A stretch of DNA of 64,000 nt from Eledone cirrhosa (GCA_964016885.1 OZ024766.1:11222001-11286000); one strand, 5' to 3'; numbered from the stretch's first letter, positions 44,274-57,828 are shown. The notes: generated by a model not told the origin, from the letters alone. Made by a program: numbers and translations.

Positions 44274-47200
44274 ATTCTTTCCTGAGACATTCTAACCACA
44301 TGTCCATAGTATCAGAGCTGTGATCTCTCAATTCAGAGATTCTTTCCTGAGACATTCTAACCACATGTCCATAGTATCAGAGCTGTGATCTCTCAATTCA
44401 GAGATTCTTTCCTGAGACATTCTAACCACATGTCCATAGTATCAGAGCTGTGATCTCTCAATTCAGAGATTCTTTCCTGAGACATTCTAACCACATGTCC
44501 ATAGTATCAGAGCTGTGATCTCTCAATTCAGAGATTCTTTCCTGAGACATTCTAACCACATGTCCATAGTATCAGAGCTGTGATCTCTCAATTCAGAGAT
44601 TCTTTCCTGAGACATTCTAACCACATGTCCATAGTATCAGTGCTGTGATCTCTCAATTCAGAGATTCTTTCCTGAGACATTCTAACCACATGTCCATAGT
44701 ATCAGTGCTGTGATCTCTCAATTCAGAGATTCTTTCCTGAGACATTCTAACCACATGTCCATAGTATCAGAGCTGTGATCTCTCAATTCAGAGATTCTTT
44801 CCTGAGACATTCTAACCACATTTCCATAGTATCAGAGCTGTGATCTCTCAATTCAGAGATTCTTTCCTGAGACATTCTAACCACATGTCCATAGTATCAG
44901 AGCTATGGTCTCTCAGTTCAGAGATTCTTTCCTGAGACATTCTAACCACATGTCCATAGTATCAGAGCTGTGATCTCTCAATTCAGAGATTCTTTCCTGA
45001 GACATTCTAACCACGTGTCCATAGTATCAGAGCTGTGATCTCTCAATTCAGAGATTCTTTCCTGAGACATTCTAACCACATGTCCATAGCATCAGAGCTG
45101 TGATCTCGCAATTCAGAGATTCTTTCCCGAGACATTCTAACTATATGTCCATAGTATCACAGCTGTGATCTCTCAATTCAGAGATTCTTTCCTCAGACAT
45201 TCTAACCACATGTCCATAGTATCAGAGCTGTGATCTCTTAATTCAGAGATTCTTTCCTGAGACATTCTAACCACATGTCCATAGTATCAGAGCTGTGATC
45301 TCTCAATTCAGTGATTCTTTCCTGAGACATTCTAACCACACGTCTGTAGTATCAGAGCTGTTATCTCTCAATTCAGAGATTCTTTCTTGAGACATTCTAA
45401 CGACATGTCCATAGTATCAGAGCTGTGATCCCTCAATTCAGAGATTCTTTCCTGAGACATTCTAACCACATGTCCATAGTATCACAGCTGTGATCTCTCA
45501 ATTCAGAGATTCTTTCCTGAGACATTCCAACCACATGTCCATAATATCAGAGCTGTGATCTCTCAATTCAGAGATTCTTTCTTGAGACATTCTAACCACA
45601 TGTCTGTAGTATCAGAGCTGTTTTCTCTCAATTCAGAGATTCTTTCCTGAGACATTCTAACCACATGTCCATAGTATCAGAGCTGTTTTCTCTCAATTCA
45701 GATATTCTTTCCTGAGACATTCTAACCACATGTCCATAGTATCAGAGCTGTGATCTCTTAATTAAGAGATTCTTTCCTGAGACATTCTAACCACATGTCT
45801 GTAGTATCAGAGCTGTGATCTCTCAATTCAGAGATTATTTCCTGAGACATTCTAACCACATGTCCATAGTATCAGAGCTGTGATCTCTTAATTAAGAGAT
45901 TCTTTCCTGAGACATTCTAACCACATGTCTGTAGTATCAGAGCTGTGATCTCTCAATTCAGAGATTCTTTCCTGAGACATTCTAACCACATGTCCATAGT
46001 ATCAGAGCTGTGATCTCTCAATTCAGAGATTCTTTCCTGAGACATTCTAACCACATGTCCATAGTATCAGTGCTGTGATCTCTCAATTCAGAGATTCTTT
46101 CCTGAGACATTCTAACCACATGTCCATAGTATCAGAGCTGTGATCTCTCAATTCAGAGATTCTTTCCTGAGACATTCTAACCACATTTCCATAGTATCAG
46201 AGCTGTGATCTCTCAATTCAGAGATTCTTTCCTGAGACATTCTAACCACATGTCCAGAGTATCAGAGCTATGGTCTCTCAGTTCAGACATTCTTTCCTGA
46301 GACATTCTAACCACATGTCCATAGTATCAGAGCTGTGATCTCTCAATTCAGAGATTCTTTCCTGAGACATTCTAACCACATGTCCATAGTATCAGAGCTG
46401 TGATCTCTCAATTCAGAGATTCTTTCCTGAGACATTCTAACCACATGTCCATAGTATCAGAGCTGTGATCTCTTAATTCAGAGATTCTTTCCTGAGACAT
46501 TCTAACCACATGTCCATAGTATCAGAGCTGTGATCTCTCAATTCAGAGATTCTTTCCTGAGACATTCTAACCACATGTCCATAGTATCAGAGCTGTGATC
46601 TCGCAATTCAGAGATTCTTTCCCGAGACATTCTAACTATATGTCCATAGTATCACAGCTGTGATCTCTCAATTCAGAGATTCTTTCCTCAGACATTCTAA
46701 CCACATGTCCATAGTATCAGAGCTGTGATCTCTTAATTCAGAGATTCTTTCCTGAGACATTCTAACCACATGTCCATAGTATCAGAGCTGTGATCTCTCA
46801 ATTCAGTGATTCTTTCCTGAGACATTCTAACCACATGTCCATAGTATCAGAGCTGTGATCTCTCAATTCAGAGATTCTTTCCTGAGACATTCTAACCACA
46901 TGTCCATAGTATCAGAGCTGTGATCTCTCAATTCAGAGATTCTTTCCTGAGACATTCTAACCACATGTCCATAGTATCAGAGCTGTGATCTCTCAATTCA
47001 GAGATTCTTTCCTGAGACATTCTAACCACATGTCCATAGTATCAGAGCTGTGATCTCTTAATTCAGAGATTCTTTCCTGAGACATTCTAACCACATGTCC
47101 ATAGTATCAGAGCTGTGATCTCTCAATTCAGAGATTCTTTCCTGAGACATTCTAACCACATGTCTGTAGTATCAGAGCTGTTATCTCTCAATTCAGAGAT

Positions 47201-49197
47201 TCTTTCTTGAGACATTCTAACGACATGTCCATAGTATCAGAGCTGTGATCCCTCAATTCAGAGATTCTTTCCTGAGACATTCTAACCACATGTCCATAGT
47301 ATCACAGCTGTGATCTCTCAATTCAGAGATTCTTTCCTGAGACATTCCAACCACATGTCCATAGTATCAGAGCTGTGATCCCTCAATTCAGAGATTCTTT
47401 CCTGAGACATTCTAACCACATGTCCATAGTATCAGAGCTGTGATCTCTCAATTCAGAGATTCTTTCCTGAGACATTCTAACCACATGTCCATAGTATCAC
47501 AGCTGTGATCTCTCAATTCAGTGATTCTTTCCTGAGACATTCTAACGACATGTCCATAATATCAGAGCTGTGATCTCTCAATTCAGATATTCTTTCCTGA
47601 GACATTCTAACCACATGTCCATAGTATCAGAGCTGTGATCTCTCAATTCAGAGATTCTTTCCTGAGACATTCTAACCACATGTCCATAGTATCAGAGCTG
47701 TGATCTCTCAATTCAGAGATTCTTTCCTGAGACATTCTAACCACATTTCCATAGTATCAGAGCTGTGATCTCTCAATTCAGAGATTCTTTCCTGAGACAT
47801 TCTAACCACATGTCCATAGTATCAGAGCTATGGTCTCTCAGTTCAGAGATTCTTTCCTGAGACATTCTAACCACATGTCCATAGTATCAGAGCTGTGATC
47901 TCTCAATTCAGAGATTCTTTCCTGAGCCATTCTAACCACGTGTCCATAGTATCAGAGCTGTGATCTCTCAATTCAGAGATTCTTTCCTGAGACATTCTAA
48001 CCACATGTCCATAGCATCAGAGCTGTGATCTCGCAATTCAGAGATTCTTTCCCGAGACATTCTAACTATATGTCCATAGTATCACAGCTGTGATCTCTCA
48101 ATTCAGAGATTCTTTCCTCAGACATTCTAACCACATGTCCATAGTATCAGAGCTGTGATCTCTTAATTCAGAGATTCTTTCCTGAGACATTCTAACCACA
48201 TGTCCATAGTATCAGAGCTGTGATCTCTCAATTCAGTGATTCTTTCCTGAGACATTCTAACCACATGTCCATAGTATCAGAGCTGTGATCTCTCAATTCA
48301 GAGATTCTTTCCTGAGACATTCTAACCACATGTCCATAGTATCAGAGCTGTGATCTCTCAATTCAGAGATTCTTTCCTGAGACATTCTAACCACATGTCC
48401 ATAGTATCAGAGCTGTGATCTCTTAATTCAGAGATTCTTTCCTGAGACATTCTAACCACATGTCCATAGTATCAGAGCTGTGATCTCTCAATTCAGAGAT
48501 TCTTTCCTGAGACATTCTAACCACATGTCTGTAGTATCCGAGCTGTTATCTCTCAATTCAGAGATTCTTTCTTGAGACATTCTAACGACATGTCCATAGT
48601 ATCAGAGCTGTGATCCCTCAATTCAGAGATTCTTTCCTGAGACATTCTAACCACATGTCCATAGTATCACAGCTGTGATCTCTCAATTCAGTGATTCTTT
48701 CCTGAGACATTCTAACGACATGTCCATAATATCAGAGCTGTGATCTCTCAATTCAGAGATTCTTTCCTGAGACATTCTAACCACATGTCTGTAGTATCAG
48801 AGCTGTGATCTCTCAATTCAGAGATTCTTTCCTGAGACATTCTAACCACATGTCCATAGTATCAGAGCTGTTTTCTCTCAATTCAGATATTCTTTCCTGA
48901 GACATTCTAACCACATGTCCATAGTATCAGAGCTGTGATCTCTTAATTAAGAGATTCTTTCCTGAGACATTCTAACCACATGTCTGTAGTATCAGAGCTG
49001 TGATCTCTCAATTCAGAGATTATTTCCTGGGACATTCTAACCACATGTCCATAGTATCAGAGCTGTGATCTCTTAATTAAGAGATTCTTTCCTGAGACAT
49101 TCTAACCACATGTCTGTAGTATCAGAGCTGTGATCTCTCAATTCAGAGATTATTTCCTGAGACATTCTAACCACATGTCCATAGTATCGGAGCTGTG
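44274..49197. repeat. 65-bp satellite array, 76 monomers
   Basis: Monomer cctgagacattctaaccacatgtccatagtatcagagctgtgatctctcaattcagagattcttt. First cctgag at 44281, last at 49156 (75 x 65 exactly). Confidence 0.97.
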
Positions 49198-49270
49198 AAG
49201 AATGTGATAACCTTTAAGTTATGTTCCAAACACCCCTGTGTTAAATTTATTAACTAATTAAACATTGTAA

Positions 49271-49629
49271 CCCTTTTGATAAACCTTTTGATAAACCACA
49301 TAGAACTAACTACCCCTGGTTCTATGATATAAAACTGTTTGTTTTTAAGTGTTTATATTCATCTAAAAACCTTCCATCATAATTTTATGTAAGAACCTTT
49401 AAGTTATGTTCCAAACACACTTGGTTCTATTACATAAACTTATTTGTTTTAAAGTGTTCATATTTATCTAAAAACCTTCCATCATACTTCTCTGTAAGAA
49501 CCTTTAAGTTATGTTCCAAACAACAGGTAGTTATATTACTAAATCCCTCCAAATTCTTGATTATTTTGCTAAATTATTCGAAAAGCATAGAGGGCAATAT
49601 CTTTCATTAGAAATATGGTACCAAAAGGG
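49271..49629. mobile_element. piggyBac-like non-autonomous element with an internal ~105-bp duplication
   Basis: (g)taa|CCCTTTTGATA ... TACCAAAAGGG|ttaa termini. A matching right end also occurs at ~57835-57853 and ~56713-56723. Confidence 0.6.
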
Positions 49630-49671
49630 TTAAACCATAGGGGACAGTCTTTTATTAGAAATATGGTAATC

Positions 49672-49975
49672 ATTCATCATTTTCATTTCATTTTACGTCC
49701 GCTTTTTCCCTGCTTGCAAGGGTGGGACGGGAACTGATTCTGGCTTGATTTCTACAGCTGGATGCCCTTCCTAACACCAACCTCATTTACAGTGAGTGCT
49801 GGGTGCTTTTTTGCCGTGGCACCTCCACGACCACTATACAGTGGAATGATAGGGACCCCAGTCCCTATCATCTCATTTCTACAGCTGAGTAAACTGGAGC
49901 AATGTGAAATAAAGTGTCTTGCTCAAGGAAACAACACATCACCCGGTCTGAGAATTGAACTCACAACCTTTCGAT
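49672..49975 (-). mobile_element. SINE family A, lacking the A-box end
   Basis: Same consensus as the other family A copies. Confidence 0.8.
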
Positions 49976-50350
49976 GTCGGCGTTAAAATATGTTTAATAT
50001 ATATTTTTTTGCAAATTATGTTACTATGAACTGCAACCAAAAGTAGAAACGTGTGTTCATAATTTATTAAAATGAAACTAAATATAAAGTTGTCATACCA
50101 CTATGGACATACTTTCATTTTTAAACGTACCTATACCGAAAGATCACACTAGTTCATTTAATATATATATAGTTTTTATTTTAGTTTCAGAAGATCTTAT
50201 ATATATTAAATATTAGGAGTAAGTAAGGGGGTCTTACTTACTCCTATTACCCACTCTACTAGCCCAAGTATTGAGTACTTTGGTGCGTTATGGTCCACCT
50301 GGTTCCTTACCATTTTTCCCTCGCTATATTAAATATTATATATATATAAT

Positions 50351-51224
50351 TTGTATGATGCCTGTGAGAGGAGCGCGATGCTGCATGGTAGAGAGACATG
50401 GGCAGCAACTGCAGAGGATATGCAACGGCTGGAGAGAAATGAGGCAAGCATGCTCCGTTGGATGTGCAGTGTAAATGTGCGTGAACGACCCAGCATAAAT
50501 GTGTTGAGAGAGAAACTGTGTCTGAGAGGGATAGAATGTAGTGTACGGGAGAGGAGACTGAGGTGGTATGGACATGTGATGTGTTGAGAGAGAAAATGTG
50601 TCTGAGAGGGATAGAATGTAGTGTACGGGAGAGGAGACTGAGGTGGTATGGACATGTGATGTGTTGAGAGAGAAACTGTGTCTGAGAGGGATAGAATGTA
50701 GTGTGCGAGAGAGGAGACTGAGGTGGTATGGACATGTGATGTGTTGAGAGAGAAACTGTGTCTGAGAGGGATAGAATGTAGTGTACGGGAGAGGAGACTG
50801 AGGTGGTATGGACATGTGATGTGTTGAGAGAGAAACTGTGTCTGAGAGGGATAGAATGTAGTGTGCGAGAGAGGAGACTGAGGTGGTATGGAGATATGAT
50901 GTGTTGAGAGAGAAACTGTGTCTGAGAGGGATAGAATGTAGTGTACGGGAGAGGAGACTGAGGTGGTATGGACATGTGATGCGCATGGAGGATGACCGAT
51001 GGGTGAAGAAGTGCCAGGAAATGCCAGTTGAAGGAAGACGTGGTTGAGGTAGACCACGAAAAACATGGGCGGAGGTGGTGAGAACAAACCTCAGATCATT
51101 GAAGCTCACGGTGGAGATGATGAGGGACCGTGACGAGTGGAGAGATGCTGTGCTGAATAAGACCCGTCCCACCTTTGCAAGCAGGGAAAAGCGGACGTAA
51201 AATGATGATGATGATGATGATGAT
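50351..51224 (+). mobile_element. RTE-type LINE 3' fragment containing a 6 x 80-bp internal tandem array
   Basis: YDAC..MLHGRETW..; gtgttgagagagaaa at 50501, 50581, 50661, 50741, 50821 and 50901; tail with (gat)n. Confidence 0.88.
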
Positions 51225-51667
51225 ATTAAAATAACAGATTAAAGTTTAATCAAAGAATCGCTGCTTTCACCTTCAATCCATTGAAAGCGATTCTTTGATT
51301 AAACTTTAATCTGTTATTATCATATATATATAACCCCTGTATGATCTGAGTTCAAATCCCGCCGAGGTTAACTTTGCCTTTCATCCTTACGGGCTCGATA
51401 AAAATAAAGTACCAGTAATACACTGGGTAATTGCTGGCCTTGTGCCAAAAGTAGAAACAATTATCATATATATATCTATATATATAAGATTTAATATAGA
51501 AATTGTTTCTACAGGACAAGAACTGTTTCCTTTGAAGGAAACAATCACGAAAGCTTTACTGATGATTTCCTTCGAATGAAACGGTTCTAGTCCTGTAGAA
51601 GCCATTGTTATATCAAATTTTGTTCTTGTATATATATATATTTTTGGCGACACCGTGTGTGTGTATA

Positions 51668-51710
<43 letters not shown>

Positions 51711-51746
51711 CAAAATATTAATAAATGATGTTCACATAATCAAAAT

Positions 51747-51818
51747 ATATGTTTTATTATATATATTTCGAAGGTACTGTGCTGTTTTTTCAGTACGTCC
51801 TCATCAGATAAAATATAT
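51747..51818 (-). ncRNA. Type I hammerhead ribozyme (left arm of the inverted duplication)
   Basis: ATATATTTTAT-CTGATGA-GGACGTACTG[loop]CAGTACCTTC-GAAA-TATATA-TA-ATAAAACATAT. Confidence 0.75.
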
Positions 51819-51910
51819 GAATTGATGTATGACATGCCTCAACTGTCTTGATAACTACCAAGACTGGAATTGAACCATCAACACAGTTGAGGTATGTCAT
51901 ACATCAATTC

Positions 51911-51982
51911 ATATATTTTATCTGATGAGGATGTACTGAAAACACAGCACAGTACCTCTGAAATATATATAATAAAACATAT
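51911..51982 (+). ncRNA. Type I hammerhead ribozyme (right arm; sense to the GAK pre-mRNA)
   Basis: ATATATTTTAT-CTGATGA-GGATGTACTG[loop]CAGTACCTCT-GAAA-TATATA-TA-ATAAAACATAT. Confidence 0.75.
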
Positions 51983-52119
51983 ATTTTGATTATGTGAATG
52001 TCTTCATTTATTAATATTCTGAATAATATTAATAACTCCAGAAAACTTTAGCTGTTGAGTGCTTTTAATCTATTGTAAAACTATATTCATTGAGTAATCA
52101 ATGAACCATATTAATCTTT

Positions 52120-52132
52120 GGTTATATATATA

Positions 52133-52230
<98 letters not shown>

Positions 52231-52252
52231 TGTGTGTGTGTGTATATATATA

Positions 52253-52283
<31 letters not shown>

Positions 52284-52620
52284 ATATATATATGTGTGTG
52301 TGTATATGTGTGTGTGTGTATATATATATGTGTGTGTGTGTATATATATGTGTGTATATATATGTGTGTGTGTGTATATATATATGTGTGTGTGTATATG
52401 TGTGTGTGTGTATATATATATGTGTGTGTATATATATGTGTGTGTGTGTATATATATATGTGTGTGTGTGTATATATATATATGTGTGTGTGTATATATA
52501 TATATATGTATATATATGTGTGTGTGTGTATGTATATATATATATATATATATGTGTGTATGTGTGTAGATATATATATATGTGTGTGTGTGTGTGTATA
52601 TATATATGTGTGTATATATA

Positions 52621-52670
<50 letters not shown>

Positions 52671-52797
52671 CATGTGTCAAATTCTCTATATAAACATACA
52701 TATATACGTCGTTATACACCAAGGAATTTTCGTTTTAAATGTACCTATACCGAAATATTACTAATACTTAAAATATGCATATATGTGGGTGTGTCTT

Positions 52798-52834
<37 letters not shown>

Positions 52835-52971
52835 ATGTATATATATATATATATATATATGTCTATTTCAGTGTATATACATATGTGGGCGTATCTTTCT
52901 CTCTATATGTGTGTGTGTGTGTGTGTAGATATATATACGTGTGTGTGTATATGTAGGTGTGTCTTTCTCTG

Positions 52972-53002
<31 letters not shown>

Positions 53003-53473
53003 CTGTGTGTATGTGCGTGTGTATATATATATATACATACGTGCGTGTTTGTGCGTTTATACGCATGTAGGTGTGTATCTAGAAACATACCTATCTATTA
53101 ATCTCTCTCTATGCATACATACATTGTGTGTGTGTATGTGTATATATATATATATTTATGCCTATGTTGTGTGGCTATATATATACATACAGGCGCGCGC
53201 ACACACACACACACGTATATATAATGTACACACACACACACACACACACGTATATATAATGTACACACACACACACACACGTATATATAATGTACACACA
53301 CACACGTATATATAATGTACACACACACACACGCGTATATATAATGTACACACACACACGTATATATAATGTACACACACACACGTATATATAATGTACG
53401 CACACACACACGTATATATAATGTACACACACACACGTATATATAATGTACACGCACACGTATATATAATGTA

Positions 53474-53506
<33 letters not shown>

Positions 53507-53886
53507 GTATATATAATGTACACACACACATACACACACACGTATATATAATGTACACACACACACACACAAACACGTATATATAATGTACACACACACA
53601 AACACGTATATATAATGTACACACATACACACACACGTATATATAATGTACACACACACATACACACACACAAACACGTATATATAATGTACACACACAC
53701 ACGTATATATAATGTACACACACACACACAAACGCGTATATATAATGTACACACACACACACAAACGCGTATATATAATGTACACACACACACAAACGCG
53801 TATATATAATGTACACACACACACACACATACAAACGCGTATATATAATGTACACACACACACACACACACACACCTATATATAAT

Positions 53887-53923
<37 letters not shown>

Positions 53924-53940
53924 ATGTACACACACACAGT
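52120..53940. repeat. (TG)n/(TA)n compound repeats and a cgtatatataatgta(ca)n minisatellite
   Basis: Directly visible. Confidence 0.9.
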
Positions 53941-54071
53941 CACACCAAATCACATTGGAAGAAATGCCTCCCACGCATGATTCTCTCAATTTGGAATTCT
54001 ACCTAACACGTGTATATTAGTTTTTCCTTGTTACCACACCTGTATTACCTGATTGTCTCTCTAAACATCTA

Positions 54072-54153
<82 letters not shown>

Positions 54154-54157
54154 TCTC

Positions 54158-55077
54158 TGTCTTAGTTTCATTGGTGTTAAGTGACTGAGAGTACAAGACT
54201 TCCCCCTGGACAGGACACCAGTCCATCACAGGGTTAAAGTCAGTCTTAGTGTCATTGGTGTTAAGTGACTGAGAGTACAAGACTTCCCCCTGGACAGGAC
54301 ACCAGTCCATCACAGGGTTAAAGTCTGTCTTAGTGTCATTGGTGTTAAGTGACTGAGAGTACAAGACTTCCCCCTGGACAGGACACCAGTCCATCACAGG
54401 GTTAAAGTCTGTCTTAGTGTCATTGGTGTTAAGTGACTGAGAGTACAAGACTTCCCCCTGAACAGGACACCAGTCCATCACAGGGTTAAAGTCTGTCTTA
54501 GTTTCATTGGTGTTAAGTGACTGAGAGTACAAGACTTCCCCCTGGACAGGACACCAGTCCATCACAGGGTTAAAGTCTGTCTTAGTGTCATTGGTGTTAA
54601 GTGACTGAGAGTACAAGACTTCCCCCTGGACAGGACACCAGTCCATCACAGGGTTAAAGTCTGTCTTAGTGTCATTGGTGTTAAGTGACTGAGAGTACAA
54701 GACTTCCCCCTGGACAGGACACCAGTCCATCACAGGGTTAAAGTCTGTCTTAGTTTCATTGGTGTTAAGTGACTGAGAGTACAAGACTTCCCCCTGGACA
54801 GGACACCAGTCCATCACAGGGTTAAAGTCTGTCTTAGTTTCATTGGTGTTAAGTGACTGAGAGTACAAGACTTCCCCCTGGACAGGACACCAGTCCATCA
54901 CAGGGTTAAAGTCTGTCTTAGTTTCATTGGTGTTAAGTGACTGAGAGTACAAGACTTCCCCCTGGACAGGACACCAGTCCATCACAGGGTTAAAGTCTGT
55001 CTTAGTTTCATTGGTGTTAAGTGACTGAGAGTACAAGACTTCCCCTGGACAGGACACCAGTCCATCACAGGGTTAAA
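54158..55077. repeat. 84-bp tandem array, 11 units, probably SINE-domain derived
   Basis: cttag recurs every 84 bp from 54161 to 55001. The minus strand contains aaccctgtgatggactggtgtcctgtccaggggg. Confidence 0.93.
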
Positions 55078-55137
55078 TCCCCAGCTAGTTTTTTCTTGTT
55101 ACCACACCTGTATTACCTGATTGTCTATCTAAACATC

Positions 55138-55196
<59 letters not shown>

Positions 55197-55275
55197 GTCT
55201 GTCTCTCTGTCTATATGTCTGTCTGCCTGTCTATATGTCTGTCTGTCTGTCTGTCTCTTTATCTATGTATCTGTA

Positions 55276-55675
55276 CTTCGTCACGGTCCTTCATCATCTC
55301 CTCCGTGAGCTTCACCCATCTGAGGTCAGCTCTCACCACCTCCACCCATGTCTTTTGTGGTCTTCCTATACTGCGTTGTCCTTCCACTAGGATTTTCCCT
55401 GCTTGCAAGGGAGGGACAGGTCCACTGCAGCATAGCATCCCTCCACTTGTCACGGTCCTTCGTCATCTTCTCCGTGAGCTTCAGCGATCTGAGGTCAGCT
55501 CTCACGGCTTCCGCCCATGTCTTTTGTGGTCTTCCTCTACTGCGTCTTCCTTCCACCGGCATTTCTTGATACTTCTTCACCCAGTGGTCATCCTCCATGC
55601 ACATCACATGTCCATACCATCTCAGTCTTCTCTCCTGCACACTACAGTTTATTCCTCTTATACATAGTTCCACTC
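55276..55675 (-). mobile_element. Two stacked RTE-type LINE 3' fragments
   Basis: ERRLRWYGHVMCM..GRPQKTW, and a second GRPQKTW segment at 55276-55390. Confidence 0.8.
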
Positions 55676-55678
55676 TTA

Positions 55679-55752
<74 letters not shown>

Positions 55753-55761
<9 letters not shown>

Positions 55762-56210
55762 ATACTTTGGGAGGGTCATGTTGCCAATAAGAAACACACG
55801 CACCAGTTGCTTTCACTTCAATTTAATTTATTATATATTTATAAATTTACAAATTTATAAATTTCTGGTTGGTTGGTTGGTTCCACAACCAGATAGTTGT
55901 TTATATATATATAGTCATAGTTCTTTCGTCACACACTCTGTGACCTCTTCAGTGACTGGGGATTTCTTTCTTCGTTTCTGTGCCTTTCCTTTCTTCTATC
56001 CTACGCCATTTTTTCTCAAAAACCATTGGAACCAACCAACCAACCAGAAATTTATAAATTTGTAAATTTATAAATATATAATAAATTAAATTGAAGTGAA
56101 AGCAACTGGTGCGTGTGTTTCTTATTGGCAACATGACCCTCCCAAAGTATAACAATATCGGTTTCAACACACGATTTCAGATAAAGAATCTTGCTAAACA
56201 AATTCAGAAA

Positions 56211-56215
<5 letters not shown>
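55753..56215. mobile_element. Penelope-like remnant with inverted duplication (family of 5780-6120)
   Basis: 55753-55885 is the reverse complement of 56027-56158; a hammerhead-like motif lies in the spacer. Confidence 0.65.
55913..55957 (-). ncRNA. Hammerhead-like motif, second Penelope-like family
   Basis: AGTCA-CTGAAGA-G-GTCACA[loop]TGTGAC-GAAA-GAAC-TA-TGACT. Confidence 0.6.
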
Positions 56216-56255
<40 letters not shown>

Positions 56256-56257
<2 letters not shown>

Positions 56258-56604
56258 TCATCATGTTCATCCATCATTTCATTTTACATCCGCTTTTCCC
56301 TGCTTGCAAGGGTGGGATGGGAACTGATGGTGGCTTGATTTCTACAGCTGGATGCCCTTCCTAACACCAACCTCATTTACAGTGAGTGCGGGGTGCTTTT
56401 TTGCCGTGGCACCTCCACGACCACTTTACAGTGGAATGATAGGGACCCCAGTCCCTATCATCTCATTTCTACAGCTGAGTAAACTGGAGCAATGTGAAAT
56501 AAAGTGTCTTGCTCAAGGAAACAACACATCACCCGGTCTGAGAATTGAACTCACAACCTTTCGATTGCAGGACCAATGCTCTAACCACTAAGCCATGTGC
56601 CTCC
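56256..56604 (-). mobile_element. SINE family A, full length
   Basis: Same consensus as the other family A copies. Confidence 0.85.
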
Positions 56605-56741
56605 ATATATATATATATCATCATTTTACGCCTGCTTTGCTTTTTCTTGCTTGCAAGGGAGGGATGAGTCCTATTCAGCACAGCATCTCTCCACTTGTCA
56701 CGGTCCTTCGTCAAAAGGGTTAAAGATGGTATGACATTATT

Positions 56742-56925
56742 GTGAATTGGCAGTATTGGTAGAGGGTTGGACGCCATGCTTTTTAGCATAGTTACGTCTG
56801 TTTACAGTCTGAGTTCAAATCCCGCCGAGGTTAACTTTGCCTTTCATCCTTACGGGGTCGATAAAATAAAGTACCAGTAATGTACTGGGGTAATTGCTGG
56901 CCTTGTGCCAAAAGTAGAAGCAATT
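56742..56925 (+). mobile_element. SINE family B, full length
   Basis: Close match to 4910-5092. Confidence 0.8.
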
Positions 56926-56938
56926 ATTATATATATAT

Positions 56939-57272
56939 GGAGGCACTTGGCTTAGTGGTTAGAGCATTGGCCTTGCAATCGAAAGGTTGTGAGTTCAATT
57001 CTCAGACCGAGTGATGTGTTGTTTCCTTGAGCAAGACACTTTATTTCACATTGCTCCAGTTTACTCAGCTGTAGAAATGAGATGATAGGGACTGGGGTCC
57101 ATATCATTCCACTGCAAAGTGGTCGTGGAGGTGCCACGGCAAAAAAGCACCCAGCACTCACTGTAAATGAGGTTGGTGTTAGGAAGGGCATCCAGCTGTA
57201 GAAATCAAGCCAGAATCAGTTCCCATCCCACCCTTGCAAGCAGGGAAAAGTGGACGTAAACTGAAATAATGA
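56939..57272 (+). mobile_element. SINE family A, full length
   Basis: Same consensus as the other family A copies. Confidence 0.85.
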
Positions 57273-57476
57273 TATATATATATATATATATAGGAACGAG
57301 TAGGACCCCGACGGCTGAGCTCAAGCCGTTTCGACGGATAATTCTGGACTCAGTTGAAACGGCTTGAGCTCAGCCGTTGGGGTCCTACTCGTTCCTATTA
57401 CCCACTCTACTACCCTAAGTATTGAGTACTTTGGTGCATTATGGTCCACCTGGTTCCTTACCACATTTCCTTCGTT

Positions 57477-57828
57477 AGAGGTAGACCACGAAAAACATGG
57501 GCGGAGGTGGTGAGAACAGACCTCAGATCATTGAAGCTCACGGTGGAGATGACGAGGGACCGTGACGAGTGGAGAGATGATGTGCTGAATAAGACCCGTC
57601 CCACCCTTGCAAGCAGGGAAAAGCGGACGTAAAATGATGATGATGATGATGATATATATATCATCATTTTACGCCTGCTTTTTCTTGCTTGCAAGGGAGG
57701 GACGGGTCTTATTCAGCACAGTATCTCTCCACTTGTCACGGTCTTCGTCATCTCCTCCGTGAACTTCAGCAATCTGAGGTTGCTCTCACCACCTCCACCC
57801 TTGTTTTCCCTGGTCTTCCTTCCACTGG
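57477..57828. mobile_element. Tail-to-tail RTE 3' fragments (+ 57477-57652; - 57660-57828)
   Basis: GRPRKTWAEVVRTDL and tail on +; a related sequence on -. Confidence 0.75.

Larger units (their letters stand above)
51703..52120. mobile_element. Penelope-like remnant with a ~325-bp inverted duplication and two hammerheads
   Basis: 51703-51850 is the reverse complement of ~51880-52028. Related pieces at 16600-16920 and 23545-23720. Confidence 0.7.

Noticed and set aside
44274-49197. CRISPR-like or coding array
   Set aside because: Pure head-to-tail monomers with no spacers; 65 is not a multiple of 3 and there is no ORF.
54017-55057. 346-aa protein with 28-aa repeats
   Set aside because: A by-product of an 84-bp repeat running into (GA)n, with no credible start or splice context.
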